Shown here piece by piece: positions 18,462 through 28,684 of a stretch of 64,000 nucleotides of DNA (the stretch's first letter is position 1; each line of letters starts with the position of its first letter). A program made the position numbers and the translations under genes. The notes under the pieces were generated by a model. That model was not told the origin of the DNA. It ran no database searches and saw only the letters and a program-made list of their open reading frames with translations. Source of the DNA: an uncultured candidatus Porisulfidus sp. (GTDB lineage: Bacteria > Pseudomonadota > Gammaproteobacteria > Poriferisulfidales > Poriferisulfidaceae); NCBI GenBank assembly GCA_965214545.1, contig OZ243950.1, positions 708,813-772,812 of the forward strand, in the 5' to 3' direction.

Positions 18462-18914
18462 ATGCAAGGCATCCTGGATTTGCTGCGCCCCGACCGCCTC
18501 CTGCTGCAGCAGCAAGTCAACAGCAAGAAACGCGCGCTCGAAATCTTGGGCACGATCCTGGCCGAAGGCCTGGAAACCGCCGGGCCCCGCACCCTGCTGG
18601 ACCTGCTCACCGCGCGCGAGCGCCTGGGCAGCACCGGACTCGGCGGCGGCGTCGCCATCCCGCATTGCCGGGTGCCCAACGAGACGCACAGCGCGGCGGC
18701 CATCCTGACCCTGACCCAGGGCGTGGACTTCAACGCGGTCGACGGCCAGCCGGTCGACGTGTTCGTGGCGCTGGCCGTGCCAAGCGAGGCCGAGGACACC
18801 CACCTGCAGTACCTGAAGGGGCTGGCCGAAATCCTGGATTCGCCCGAACACCTCGGAGCCTTACGCAACGCCCGCGAGGGCGCCCCGCTGCTGGCGGCCC
18901 TGGCCCGGCCCTGA
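18462..18914 (+). CDS. ptsN: PTS IIA-like nitrogen regulatory protein (EIIA-Ntr)
   Basis: Conserved GVAIPHCRV phospho-His region, 150 aa. Confidence 0.9.
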   Translation: MQGILDLLRPDRLLLQQQVNSKKRALEILGTILAEGLETAGPRTLLDLLTARERLGSTGLGGGVAIPHCRVPNETHSAAAILTLTQGVDFNAVDGQPVDVFVALAVPSEAEDTHLQYLKGLAEILDSPEHLGALRNAREGAPLLAALARP

Positions 18915-18917
18915 CCG

Positions 18918-19784
18918 ATGCAGCTCATCATCGTCAGCGGACTGTCGGGCTCGGGGAAGTCGGTCGCGCTGGACACTCTGGAGGACTTCGGCGCGCACTG
19001 CGTCGACAACATGCCGCCGACCCTCCTGCTGGAATACGTGGGCCTGCTGCGGCAGCCGGACTCGCACTACCCGAAACAGGCCGCCATCGGCATGGACGCC
19101 CGCGCACTGCCGAAAGACCTGGCCCGGCTCCCGTCCATCCTGGAGCAGCTCCGGGATCTGCCCTGCGACATCACCGTGATATTCCTCGACTCCGACGAAG
19201 ACACCCTGATCCGGCGCTTCAACGACACCCGCCGCCGCCACCCGCTGGCCGACCGCGTCCCGACCCTGCGCGAGGCGGTCCGGCAGGAGCGGGAGTGCCT
19301 CGCGGCCATCGCCAACCTGGCCGACCTGCGCCTGGACACCTCCCGCACCCACGTCCATGAACTGCGCACCCTGCTGCGCCAGCGCCTGAAACTCGACCGC
19401 GCCTCGCTGTCAGTCTTGCTACAATCTTTCGCCTACCGGAGCGGGGTGCCGAGCGATTCCGACTTTGTGTTCGACTCGCGCTGCCTGCCAAACCCGCACT
19501 GGGTGGATGAATTGCGCGCGCTCAACGGGACGGATTCCGCGGTTCGCGACTATCTCTCGAAGCAGCCACAGGCCACCGCCATGCTAGAAGACCTGAAACA
19601 GTTCCTGGATCGCTGGATTCCCTCGTTCGTCGAGGCGGGACGGCATTACCTGAACATCTCGGTCGGCTGCACCGGCGGACAGCACCGCTCGGTCTACCTG
19701 GTGGAGCAGCTCGCCGCCCTGCTCCCGGACAGCGCCACCCTGCAGATCACCGTGCTGCACCGGGACATGGGGGCCGCCTCGTGA
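18918..19784 (+). CDS. rapZ: RNase adaptor protein RapZ (YhbJ)
   Basis: Walker A GLSGSGKS with a C-terminal RapZ domain. Confidence 0.9.
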   Translation: MQLIIVSGLSGSGKSVALDTLEDFGAHCVDNMPPTLLLEYVGLLRQPDSHYPKQAAIGMDARALPKDLARLPSILEQLRDLPCDITVIFLDSDEDTLIRRFNDTRRRHPLADRVPTLREAVRQERECLAAIANLADLRLDTSRTHVHELRTLLRQRLKLDRASLSVLLQSFAYRSGVPSDSDFVFDSRCLPNPHWVDELRALNGTDSAVRDYLSKQPQATAMLEDLKQFLDRWIPSFVEAGRHYLNISVGCTGGQHRSVYLVEQLAALLPDSATLQITVLHRDMGAAS

Positions 19785-20182
19785 GCGTCGGCATGCTGAC
19801 CGTCACCCACCACCAGCTCGGCCAGCAGCTGGTGGACATCGCGGCGCGGATCTTCGCGCGCCCCCCCGAGAACCTGGGCTGCTACGGCATCATCGAGGAC
19901 TGCGACCTGGACGCCGCCTTCGCCGAACTCCAGGAACTCCGCGCCTCGCTGGACTGCACGGACGGCTTGCTGATCCTGTCCGACCTGTACGGCGCCACGC
20001 CGTACAACCTGGCAAAGCGGCTGATGCGCGAATACCCGGACACCACCCTGGTCTCCGGCATCAACCTGCCGATGGTCGTGAAACTGTTCAACCTGCAGCA
20101 GCGCAACCGGAGCCAGCTGGCCGAAAGCCTGGCCACCAACGGCCGCATCGGCATCATCATCGAAGCGGGAGAGTCCGAATGA
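19781..20182 (+). CDS. PTS EIIA component, mannose/fructose family
   Basis: 133 aa EIIA-Man fold (GLLILSDLYGATP). Commonly sits between rapZ and npr in proteobacteria. Confidence 0.7.
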   Translation: MSVGMLTVTHHQLGQQLVDIAARIFARPPENLGCYGIIEDCDLDAAFAELQELRASLDCTDGLLILSDLYGATPYNLAKRLMREYPDTTLVSGINLPMVVKLFNLQQRNRSQLAESLATNGRIGIIIEAGESE

Positions 20183-20460
20183 TTGAAAAAAACGCTACCG
20201 TCGTCAACAAGCTCGGGCTGCACGCGCGGGCCGCCGCCAAACTGGTCAGCGAGGCCAGCAAGTTCCAGGCGCAAATGGAAATCGAGAAGGAAGGCAAGCG
20301 GGCCAACGCCAAGAGCATCATGAGCATCATGATGCTGGCGGCCACCCACGGCACCCCGGTGCGGCTGTTCGCCAGCGGCCCGGACGAGGACGAGGCCATG
20401 CAGGCCCTCGTGACCCTGTTCGAAAGCGGATTTGGAGAAGGCGCTGAACCATGCCCATGA
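20179..20460 (+). CDS. ptsO: HPr-family phosphocarrier (NPr)
   Basis: GLHARAAAKLV active-site His region, 93 aa. Confidence 0.85.
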   Translation: MIEKNATVVNKLGLHARAAAKLVSEASKFQAQMEIEKEGKRANAKSIMSIMMLAATHGTPVRLFASGPDEDEAMQALVTLFESGFGEGAEPCP

Positions 20461-22190
20461 TCATCAACGGCATCGGGGTCTCCCGAGGCATCACCCAGGG
20501 CTGGGTCCACGTGCTCAAGCGCGGCGAGAGCCATATCTCGAGGCGCACCCTGGAGCCGGACCAGGTCGAACCTGAGATCGAGCGCCTGAACGAGGCGCTG
20601 GAGGAAGCCCGCAAGCAGTTGCGCGAGGTGCGCGATCTGGTGCCCGGCAAGATGCGCCAGGAAGTGAGCGGCTTCCTCGACGCCCACCTGCTGATGCTGG
20701 ACGACGCCATGCTGGTGGAGATGCCTGCGGACACCATCCGCGCCCAGAACTGCAACGCCGAGTGGGCCTTGGAAGACACCCTCGAGCAGCTGGTCTCCGT
20801 GTTCGACAGCATGGAAGATGCCTACCTGCGCACGCGCAAGAACGACGTGCAGCATGTCATCCGCAAGGTGCAGGAAAACCTCGGCGAGGTCGACGACGGC
20901 GCGGCCCAAGTCAAGGCCCGCGACCTGACCGGCCGCATCGTGGTCGCCGACGACCTCACGCCGGCCGACACCGTGCTGATCCAGCACCAGAACGTCGCCG
21001 CTTTCGTCACCCAGTTCGGCAGTTCCATGTCGCATACCGCGATCCTGGCCCGCAGCCTGCAAATCCCGGCGGTGGTCGGCCTGCACGATGCGGGCATGCT
21101 GCTGGAAGACGGCGAACTCGTGCTGGTCGACGGGCACGGCGGCACCATCCTGTGCGCCGAGAACGCGAACTGGCTGGTCGACCAGTACCGGGAGTACCAG
21201 CGCACGGAACAGGAGCGCGAAGAACAGTTGATGGCGCTGCGCGACAAGCCGACGATCACGCGCGACGCCCAGCCGATCTCCCTTAAATGCAACGTCGACC
21301 TGATCGAGGAGATCCCCCACGTCCACGAGGTCCAGGCCGAGGGCGTCGGGCTGTACCGCACCGAGTTCTTCTACCTCGACCGCCCCGACGGCGCCAGCAC
21401 CGACGAACAGTACGAGGTCTACCGGGAGCTGGTGACGGCGCTGGAAGGCAAGCCGCTGACCATCCGCACCCTGGACCTGGGCGCCGACAAGGAATTCGAC
21501 CCGGACTACGAGGGCGCGATCGCGCCGAACCCTGCCCTCGGCCTGCGCGCGATCCGCCGCTCGCTGCAGAACAAGCCCGTATTCATGGCGCAGCTGCGCG
21601 CGATCCTGCGCGCCTCCGCGCACGGGCCCGTCCACGTCATGCTGCCGATGCTCACCAACAGCTCCGAACTGTCGCAGAGCCTGGCCCTGATCCGCGACTG
21701 CATGAAGGCGCTGGACGCCGAAGGTGCCCCGTACGACCCGGACATCAAGATCGGCGGCATGATCGAGGTGCCGGCCGCAGCGCTATCCGCCAGCATCTTC
21801 GCCCAACACCTCGACTTCCTGTCGATCGGGACCAACGACCTGATCCAGTACACCCTGGCCATCGACCGGGTCGACGACCAGGTCCACTACCTGTTCGACC
21901 CACTGCACCCGGCCGTGCTGTTCCTGATCCACCACACGATCCAGGCCGGCCGCCAGGCTGGCAAACCGGTCGGCATGTGCGGCGAGATGGCCAGCAATCC
22001 GCGCCTGACCCGGCTGCTCGTGGGGCTCGGCCTGCGCGAATTCAGCACCCACCCCGGGTCCCTGCTCGAAATCAAGAAGATCATCAACCACACCTCGGCC
22101 GAGGCGCTGCAGAAGCAGTGCCTGGAGATCCTGAACTGCCCGCAGCCGGAAAAGATCCACGATATGGTCGAAGCCCTGGCGCAGACCTGA
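20451..22190 (+). CDS. ptsI: phosphoenolpyruvate-protein phosphotransferase (Enzyme I, no GAF domain)
   Basis: 579 aa; GSSMSHTAILARSLQIPAVVG His domain and PEP-utilizing C-terminal domain. Confidence 0.85.
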   Translation: MPMIINGIGVSRGITQGWVHVLKRGESHISRRTLEPDQVEPEIERLNEALEEARKQLREVRDLVPGKMRQEVSGFLDAHLLMLDDAMLVEMPADTIRAQNCNAEWALEDTLEQLVSVFDSMEDAYLRTRKNDVQHVIRKVQENLGEVDDGAAQVKARDLTGRIVVADDLTPADTVLIQHQNVAAFVTQFGSSMSHTAILARSLQIPAVVGLHDAGMLLEDGELVLVDGHGGTILCAENANWLVDQYREYQRTEQEREEQLMALRDKPTITRDAQPISLKCNVDLIEEIPHVHEVQAEGVGLYRTEFFYLDRPDGASTDEQYEVYRELVTALEGKPLTIRTLDLGADKEFDPDYEGAIAPNPALGLRAIRRSLQNKPVFMAQLRAILRASAHGPVHVMLPMLTNSSELSQSLALIRDCMKALDAEGAPYDPDIKIGGMIEVPAAALSASIFAQHLDFLSIGTNDLIQYTLAIDRVDDQVHYLFDPLHPAVLFLIHHTIQAGRQAGKPVGMCGEMASNPRLTRLLVGLGLREFSTHPGSLLEIKKIINHTSAEALQKQCLEILNCPQPEKIHDMVEALAQT

Positions 22191-22251
22191 ACCGGGCCCG
22201 CCGCCGGCTTCGGGACTTCGCCGAGGCCCTGGACCTCCATCCCCCCCGCCC

Positions 22252-23634
22252 ATGACCGCCGTCGCCCCCACCCCGCCCCCCGTACAGCCGCCCGTGCCGA
22301 CGCCGAGCGAGCAGGTCACGGCCCTGACCCAAGCCCTGAATACCGGCACCATGCAGACGGTCCGCAAGATGCTGCGGGCGCTGCACCCGGCCGAGGTGGC
22401 GCAACTGCTGGAGTCCCTGCCGCGCACCCCGCGCTTCATCGTCTGGGGCATGCTCGACCGCGAACACGACGGCGAAGTGCTGCTCGAAGTCGGCGACGAG
22501 GTCCGCGCCTCCCTGATCGGCGAAATGGACCGGGACGCCCTGGTCAGCGCGACCGAGGGCCTGGACATCGACGACCTGGCCGACCTGCTCGCCGACCTCC
22601 CGGAAGCGGTCAGCTCGCAGATCCTCAACGACATGGACCAGCAGTACCGCTCCCGGCTGGAGGCGGTGCTGACCTACGACGAGGACACCGCCGGCGGCTT
22701 GATGGACACCAGCGTGATCACGGTGCGCGCGGACGTCACCCTGGAGGTGGTGCTGCGCTACCTGCGCCGCCACGAGAGCATCCCGAGCCACACCGACGTG
22801 CTGATGGTGGTGGACCGCTTCGAGCACTACCGCGGCGTGCTGCCGATCACCGCCCTGCTGCTGCACGACCCGGACACCTTAGTCGGCGAGGTGATGGACC
22901 CCGATCAGCCGCCAATCCCGGCAGACATGCCGGACGGTGCGGTCGCCGCCATTTTCGAGGACCGCGACCTGGTGTCGACCGCCGTGGTCGACGAGCACAA
23001 CCTGCTGCTCGGGCGGATCACGGTGGACGACGTGGTCGACGTGATCCGCGAAGAAGGTGTGGAGACCCTGCACAGCTACGTCGGGCTGGGCGAAGACGAA
23101 GACCTGTTCGACTCGGTGCTGTCCGCCTCGCGGCGGCGCGCGGTCTGGCTCGGCGTCAACCTGGTCACGGCCTTCATTGCCGCCGCCGCCATCGGGCTGT
23201 TCCAGGACACCCTGGAGCGCGTGGTCGCGCTGGCCGTGCTGATGCCTATCGTCGCCAGCATGGGCGGCATCGCCGGCAGCCAGACCCTGGTCCTGGTCAT
23301 CCGGGGCATGGCCCTCGGCCAGGTCAGCGCACAGAACGTGCGGGCCCTGCTGTTCAAGGAACTCGGCGTCGGGCTGGTCAACAGCCTGGTCTGGTGCGGC
23401 GTGGTCGCGCTGGTGGCCGGGCTGTGGTTCGAGACCTGGATGATCGGCGCCGTCATTGCGCTTGCGCTGATCGCCAACCTGGTGTTCGCCGCCCTGGCCG
23501 GCGTCCTGCTGCCGCCGACCCTGCAGCGCCTGCGCATCGACCCGGCGCTGGCCGGCGGCGTGATCCTGACCACCGTGACCGACGTGGTCGGGTTCGTGGT
23601 GTTCCTCGCCCTGGGGACCGCGCTGCTGCTGTAG
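22252..23634 (+). CDS. mgtE: magnesium transporter MgtE
   Basis: N-terminal MgtE_N domain, tandem CBS domains, 5-TM C-terminal domain. Confidence 0.85.
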   Translation: MTAVAPTPPPVQPPVPTPSEQVTALTQALNTGTMQTVRKMLRALHPAEVAQLLESLPRTPRFIVWGMLDREHDGEVLLEVGDEVRASLIGEMDRDALVSATEGLDIDDLADLLADLPEAVSSQILNDMDQQYRSRLEAVLTYDEDTAGGLMDTSVITVRADVTLEVVLRYLRRHESIPSHTDVLMVVDRFEHYRGVLPITALLLHDPDTLVGEVMDPDQPPIPADMPDGAVAAIFEDRDLVSTAVVDEHNLLLGRITVDDVVDVIREEGVETLHSYVGLGEDEDLFDSVLSASRRRAVWLGVNLVTAFIAAAAIGLFQDTLERVVALAVLMPIVASMGGIAGSQTLVLVIRGMALGQVSAQNVRALLFKELGVGLVNSLVWCGVVALVAGLWFETWMIGAVIALALIANLVFAALAGVLLPPTLQRLRIDPALAGGVILTTVTDVVGFVVFLALGTALLL

Positions 23635-23643
23635 CCCGCCGCC

Positions 23644-24471
23644 TCAGTCCCGCGGCAGGGTCCGCTTGGCAGCCTCGTCGAGTTCCAGCAGCGTCTCCAG
23701 CAGCGGTTCCATATCGGCCAGGGGCCAGGCGTTCGGCCCGTCGCTGAGCGCTTCGTCGGGATCCGGGTGGGTCTCCATGAACAGGCCGGCCACGCCGACG
23801 CCCACCGCGGCCCGCGCCAGGGTCGGCACGAATTCCCGCTGCCCGCCCGAGGCGCCGCCGTCCGCGCCCGGCAGCTGCACCGAATGCGTCGCGTCGAACA
23901 CCACCGGGCAGCCGGTCTCGCGCAGCACCGTCAGCGCCCGCATGTCGGACACCAGGTTGTTGTAGCCGAAGCTCGCCCCGCGCTCGCAGACCAGCAGGCG
24001 CTCACCGCCGGCCGCGCGCGCCTTGGCCACCACCGGGCCCATCTCCCAGGGCGACAGAAACTGGCCCTTCTTGAGGTTGACCGGGCGCCCGGCCGCCGCC
24101 ACCCGGGCGATGTAGTTGGTCTGCCGGCATAAAAACGCCGGCGTCTGCAGCACGTCCGCCACCGCCGCCACCTCGTCCACCGGCGTGTCCTCGTGGACGT
24201 CCGTGAGCACCGGGATGCCACACTGCGTGCGCACCTGCTCCAGGATGCGCAGCCCCTCCTCCAGGCCCGGGCCGCGGAAACTGCCGCCGCTGGTGCGGTT
24301 GGCCTTGTCGAACGATGCCTTGAACACGTAGCGCATGCCGAGCCGCCGGGTCGTCTCGGACAGCTGCTCGGCCACCTGCATCACCAGGGCCTCGCTCTCA
24401 ATCACGCACGGCCCGGAAATCAGGAACAGCGGCTGGCGGACCCCCGCCTGGAAATCGCAGAAGGCGTCCAC
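23644..24471 (-). CDS. kdsA: 3-deoxy-8-phosphooctulonate synthase
   Basis: 275 aa DAHP-synthase-I-family KDO8P synthase ([12 protein letters not shown]...[11 protein letters not shown]). Confidence 0.9.
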   Translation of the reverse strand: MDAFCDFQAGVRQPLFLISGPCVIESEALVMQVAEQLSETTRRLGMRYVFKASFDKANRTSGGSFRGPGLEEGLRILEQVRTQCGIPVLTDVHEDTPVDEVAAVADVLQTPAFLCRQTNYIARVAAAGRPVNLKKGQFLSPWEMGPVVAKARAAGGERLLVCERGASFGYNNLVSDMRALTVLRETGCPVVFDATHSVQLPGADGGASGGQREFVPTLARAAVGVGVAGLFMETHPDPDEALSDGPNAWPLADMEPLLETLLELDEAAKRTLPRD

Positions 24472-24472
24472 G

Positions 24473-26086
24473 TCAGGGACGGGCGGCCTGGATCAGGCTG
24501 TTGAACAGCGGGTGGCCCCGGCGCGGCGTGGACGTGAACTCGGGATGGAACTGGCAGCCGACGAACCAGGGGTGGTCGGCCAGTTCCACCGCCTCCACCA
24601 GCCGGTCGTCGTGCGAGCGGCCCACCACCGCCATGCCGTTTTGGGTCAGCTGCTCCAGGTAGTTGTTGTTGATCTCGTAGCGGTGCCGGTGGCGCTCGTG
24701 GATCAGGTCCGACTGGTAGATCTGGTGCAGGCGGCTGCCCGGGTCCAGCTGGCAGGGCTGCTCGCCCAGGCGCATGGTGCCGCCGAGGTCGGAATGCGCG
24801 CTGCGCAGCTCCCGTTCGCCCTCCCGGTCCATCCACTCCGTGATCAGGGCCACCACCGGGTGCGGCGTGCCGCTGTCGAATTCGGTGCTGTGCGCGCCCT
24901 CCAACCCCAGGCAGTCGCGCGCGTACTCGATCACCGCGACCTGCATCCCGAGGCAGATGCCGAGATACGGGATCCGGTTCTCGCGCGCGTAGCGCGCCGC
25001 CATGATCTTGCCCTCGATGCCGCGCTCCCCGAAGCCGCCGGGCACCAGCACCACGTCGGCGCCTTCCAGCGGAGCCGTGCCCGCCTGCTCGATCTGCTCG
25101 GAGTCCACGTAGCGGATGTCGACCCGCACCTGGTTGTGCAGGCCCGCATGCCGCAGGGCCTCGTTCAGGGACTTGTACGATTCGGTCAGGTCCACGTACT
25201 TGCCCACCATGGCCACCACCACGCCGTCCTGCTGCGCCTCGCGGGCGGCCACCACCTCCCGCCACTGCGACAGGTCCGCCTCGGGGACGTCCAGGCCGAA
25301 CTGCGCGACCACGATATCATCGAGGTCCTGCTCGTGCAGGGCCATCGGAATGGCATGGATGTCGTCCTGGTTGACCACCTCGATGACGGAGGTCTCCGCG
25401 ACATTCGTGAACAGGGCGATCTTCCGGCGCTGGTCCTCCGGGATCGGCATGTCGGTCCGGCACAGCAGGATATCGGGCTGGATGCCGATCGAGCGCAATT
25501 CCTTGACCGAGTGCTGGGTCGGCTTGGTCTTGATCTCGCCGGAGACCTTGATGTACGGCACCAGGGTCAGGTGGAGGAAGGCCGCATGGGTCGGCCCCAG
25601 CTTCCCGCCCATCTGCCGGATCGCCTCGATGAACGGCAGCGACTCGATGTCGCCGACCGTGCCCCCGATCTCGACGATGCAAATGTCCGCATCGGCCGCC
25701 CCCACGCCCACGCAGTGCTTGATCTCGTCGGTGATGTGCGGGATGACCTGCACGGTGGCGCCCAGGTACTCGCCGCGGCGTTCGCGCGCGATCACCCGCT
25801 CGTAAATCTGCCCGGTCGTCCAGTTGCTGGCCTTGCTGGCCCGGAAATCGACGAAACGCTCGTAGTGCCCGAGGTCCAGGTCGGTCTCCGCACCGTCGGC
25901 GGTGACGAAGACCTCGCCGTGCTGGAACGGGCTCATCGTGCCGGGGTCGACGTTGATGTAGGGATCGAGCTTGATCATGGAGACGGCCAGCCCGCGCGCC
26001 TCCAGCAAGGCACCCAGGGAGGCGGCGGAAATCCCCTTTCCAAGGGAAGAAACAACCCCGCCCGTAATAAACACAAAGCGCGTCAC
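24473..26086 (-). CDS. pyrG: CTP synthase (GTG start; the upstream ORF extension is spurious)
   Basis: [20 protein letters not shown]-terminus with GAGG SD. C-terminal glutamine amidotransferase domain. Confidence 0.9.
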   Translation of the reverse strand: MTRFVFITGGVVSSLGKGISAASLGALLEARGLAVSMIKLDPYINVDPGTMSPFQHGEVFVTADGAETDLDLGHYERFVDFRASKASNWTTGQIYERVIARERRGEYLGATVQVIPHITDEIKHCVGVGAADADICIVEIGGTVGDIESLPFIEAIRQMGGKLGPTHAAFLHLTLVPYIKVSGEIKTKPTQHSVKELRSIGIQPDILLCRTDMPIPEDQRRKIALFTNVAETSVIEVVNQDDIHAIPMALHEQDLDDIVVAQFGLDVPEADLSQWREVVAAREAQQDGVVVAMVGKYVDLTESYKSLNEALRHAGLHNQVRVDIRYVDSEQIEQAGTAPLEGADVVLVPGGFGERGIEGKIMAARYARENRIPYLGICLGMQVAVIEYARDCLGLEGAHSTEFDSGTPHPVVALITEWMDREGERELRSAHSDLGGTMRLGEQPCQLDPGSRLHQIYQSDLIHERHRHRYEINNNYLEQLTQNGMAVVGRSHDDRLVEAVELADHPWFVGCQFHPEFTSTPRRGHPLFNSLIQAARP

Positions 26087-26256
26087 AACCGGAACCTCGA
26101 CGCTGTCAGGATAAAAATAAAGGTTACCACACCGGCCCCCCGGCGGATGCGCCGAAACGCCGGCAGGCCCCCCCGGCCAGAAATCCCGCCCGGGAGTATA
26201 CTGGCACCAGGCCCGCGTGACGGGCACCAGAATCGGTCCAAGAGGAGGGAAACATC

Positions 26257-26439
26257 ATGGCAATCAATGTGCATATCGTGGAGCGCGTCCTTCGGGTCAT
26301 CGCCGGGGTCGTGATTCTCTATGTCGGCCTGGAGATGTACGACGTGGCTTGGTGGGCATGGCTCGGGCTGGTCCCGCTGCTGACCGGCCTTATCGGCAAC
26401 TGCCCGGTCTACAAGATCTTCGGGATATCCAGCAAGTAG
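26257..26439 (+). CDS. DUF2892-family small inner membrane protein (YgaP C-terminal-like)
   Basis: 60 aa, two TM segments ending with the CPVYKIFGI motif typical of DUF2892. Confidence 0.5.
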   Translation: MAINVHIVERVLRVIAGVVILYVGLEMYDVAWWAWLGLVPLLTGLIGNCPVYKIFGISSK

Positions 26440-26453
26440 CCCGGCCCCGACGG

Positions 26454-27719
26454 CTACGGGCGGCACGCGAAATGGCCCCAGACCAGGCGCAGGTCCGCGT
26501 GCTGGTAGACCAGCGGGATCCGGCCGCGACGCCACGGCGGAACCCCTGCTTCCTGTAGCAGTTTCTTCAGGGAATGGCGGTGCGCCCGGCCGGCCGGCCG
26601 GCAGCGTTCCCCCCCGTTGCGCAGCCGCACCTCCAGGTCCGTCCCGACGTCCTCGCCCCATTGCGCCTGCAGCGACTCCCAGCGCAACTCCAGGTCCAGC
26701 TCCGGCAAGACCAGCGTCTGCCCCCGGCGCCAACGCCAGCATCGCCCCTCCGGCACAGCCGGGGGCCGGGGCTCCAGGTGCAGGTGACCGCGCCAGCGGT
26801 ACATCCGGTAGGCCTCGAAATGCTCCGCCGGCACCCGGTCGGCAGCGGCGGCGTGCACCGTGTCCAGCCAGCGCAACAGCCGGCGCTCGCCCGGGACCGG
26901 GAACCCCTGCCGGGCAATCCAGAAACGCACCAGGTTGGCCTGCCGCTCCGGCGAGAGCGAGGCCAGGGATTCCACCGCAATCGTGTCCGCGTCGCCGAGG
27001 TCCTGCCCGGCGCGTTCGTCCAGCAGATGCGCCGCATGCGCGTGATGCCGGGCCGCGCGGGCCAGCGTGCGCGACGCCGACGGCCAGCGCGCCTCCAGCA
27101 CCGGCCACAGCTCGTGGCGCAGGAAGTTGCGGTCGATCCCGGTGTCGCGGTTGCTCGGATCCTCCAGGTATGCCAGGCGGTGGGCGCGAACGTATTCCTC
27201 GATCTCCTGGCGCGACACGTCCAGCAGCGGACGCGCGAGCCTCCCGTCTCCCCAGTCCCGGCAGGCCGGCATGGCGGCGGTCCCCGCCACCCCGGCGCCG
27301 CGCAGCAACTGCAGCAGCAGGGTCTCCGCCTGGTCGTCCCGGTGATGCGCCAGCAGGATCGCCACCCCCGGCTGCGCATGCCGGCGCAAGGCCCGCATGC
27401 GGATCTCGCGGGCCTGCGCCTCCGGGCCCTGGCCGGGCGCCGGGTCCGACTCCCGCCGCATTCGCTCCAGCGGAATCCCCCAGCGGCGACAGACCGCCGC
27501 GCAATGCCGTTCGAAGTCGCGGGCCGCGGGCTGGAGCCCATGGTTGACGTGCACCGCCCGGACCGTGTCGCCGCGCGCCGCGGCAAACGCGCGCGTGGCA
27601 TGCAGCAGCGCGGTCGAGTCGCGGCCCCCGCTGTAGGCCACGACCCAGGTGCGGACCCCGGGGCAGGCGCCCGGCAGCGCCTCCAGGGCCCGTGCGACGG
27701 CCCGGGCGGAGGGGGTCAT
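26454..27719 (-). CDS. tilS: tRNA(Ile)-lysidine synthetase
   Basis: PP-loop SGGRDS at [16 protein letters not shown] overlaps the accA stop (ATGA). The longer ORF (to 28277) is a read-through artefact. Confidence 0.8.
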   Translation of the reverse strand: MTPSARAVARALEALPGACPGVRTWVVAYSGGRDSTALLHATRAFAAARGDTVRAVHVNHGLQPAARDFERHCAAVCRRWGIPLERMRRESDPAPGQGPEAQAREIRMRALRRHAQPGVAILLAHHRDDQAETLLLQLLRGAGVAGTAAMPACRDWGDGRLARPLLDVSRQEIEEYVRAHRLAYLEDPSNRDTGIDRNFLRHELWPVLEARWPSASRTLARAARHHAHAAHLLDERAGQDLGDADTIAVESLASLSPERQANLVRFWIARQGFPVPGERRLLRWLDTVHAAAADRVPAEHFEAYRMYRWRGHLHLEPRPPAVPEGRCWRWRRGQTLVLPELDLELRWESLQAQWGEDVGTDLEVRLRNGGERCRPAGRAHRHSLKKLLQEAGVPPWRRGRIPLVYQHADLRLVWGHFACRP

Positions 27720-28672
27720 GCCTGGTACACCCCGACCTGCAGCAGCCGGTCTTCCCGGCGGTCGACCAGCACCACCGGGTCCAGCGCCCCGAGTTCCTCC
27801 AGGCGCGTCGCCAGCGCCTGCTTCAGGGTGGCGGACATCGTCTCCGGGTCGCGGTGCGCGCCGCCCAGCGGTTCCGCCACGACCTCGTCGATCAAGCCGA
27901 GTTGCTGAAGGCGCGTCGAGGTCAGGCCCATCGCTTCGGCGGCCTCCTGCGCCTTGTCGGCGCTCTTCCAGAGGATGGACGAACAGCCCTCCGGGGAAAT
28001 CACCGAATAAACGCTGTACTGGAGCATCATCAGGTGATCGCCCACGCCGATCGCCAGCGCGCCGCCGGACCCGCCCTCGCCAATCACGACATTGATGATC
28101 GGCACCCTCAGCTCGGCCATGACCTCCAGGTTGCGGGCAATCGCCTCGCTCTGCCCGCGCTCTTCGGCGCCGATGCCCGGGTAGGCGCCCGGCGTGTCGA
28201 TGAAGGTGAGGATCGGCATCCGGAAACGCTCCGCCATCTGCATCAGGCGGCGCGCCTTGCGGTAGCCTTCCGGGCACGGCATGCCGAAGTTGTGCTCCAG
28301 CTTCTCCTTGGTGTCCCGGCCCTTCTGGTGCCCGATCACCATCACCGGCGTGCCCTCCAGGCGCGCCATGCCGGCCAGGATGGCCGGGTCGTCCGCGTAC
28401 GCCTGGTCGCCGTGCAGTTCGTGGAATTCGCTGAACAGCTGCGGCAGGTAGTCGCGCGTGTAGGGGCGCTGCGGATGGCGGGCCAGCTGCGTGACCTGCC
28501 AGGCCGACAGGTTGGAGAAGATGTCCTCGATCAGGGCCCGCCGGCGGCCCTGCAGGCGCGTGATTTCGGTGTCGAGGTCCAGATCGCTCTCCGCCCCCAT
28601 GTGGCGGAGTTCCCGGATCTTCGCGTCCAGTTCGGCGATCGGCTGTTCGAAATCGAGAAAATCCGGGTTCAT
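27716..28672 (-). CDS. accA: acetyl-CoA carboxylase carboxyltransferase subunit alpha
   Basis: Full-length alignment to AccA ([23 protein letters not shown]). Confidence 0.9.
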   Translation of the reverse strand: MNPDFLDFEQPIAELDAKIRELRHMGAESDLDLDTEITRLQGRRRALIEDIFSNLSAWQVTQLARHPQRPYTRDYLPQLFSEFHELHGDQAYADDPAILAGMARLEGTPVMVIGHQKGRDTKEKLEHNFGMPCPEGYRKARRLMQMAERFRMPILTFIDTPGAYPGIGAEERGQSEAIARNLEVMAELRVPIINVVIGEGGSGGALAIGVGDHLMMLQYSVYSVISPEGCSSILWKSADKAQEAAEAMGLTSTRLQQLGLIDEVVAEPLGGAHRDPETMSATLKQALATRLEELGALDPVVLVDRREDRLLQVGVYQA

Positions 28673-28684
28673 GGCGGCAGCAGG

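Noticed and set aside
20157-21635. 492-aa antisense ORF over npr/ptsI, and similar antisense ORFs over ptsI-mgtE (21783..22866)
   Set aside because: Antisense to strongly supported PTS genes; composition-driven artefacts.
24335-26314. 659-aa plus-strand ORF and other long ORFs antisense to pyrG, tilS and accA (26083..27504, 26567..27601, 26574..27908, 27692..28708)
   Set aside because: All overlap well-conserved genes on the other strand and translate to low-complexity sequence.
26454-28277. 607-aa ORF containing tilS
   Set aside because: N-terminal 186 aa are an off-frame overlap with accA. tilS begins at the ATG (27719) that overlaps the accA stop.
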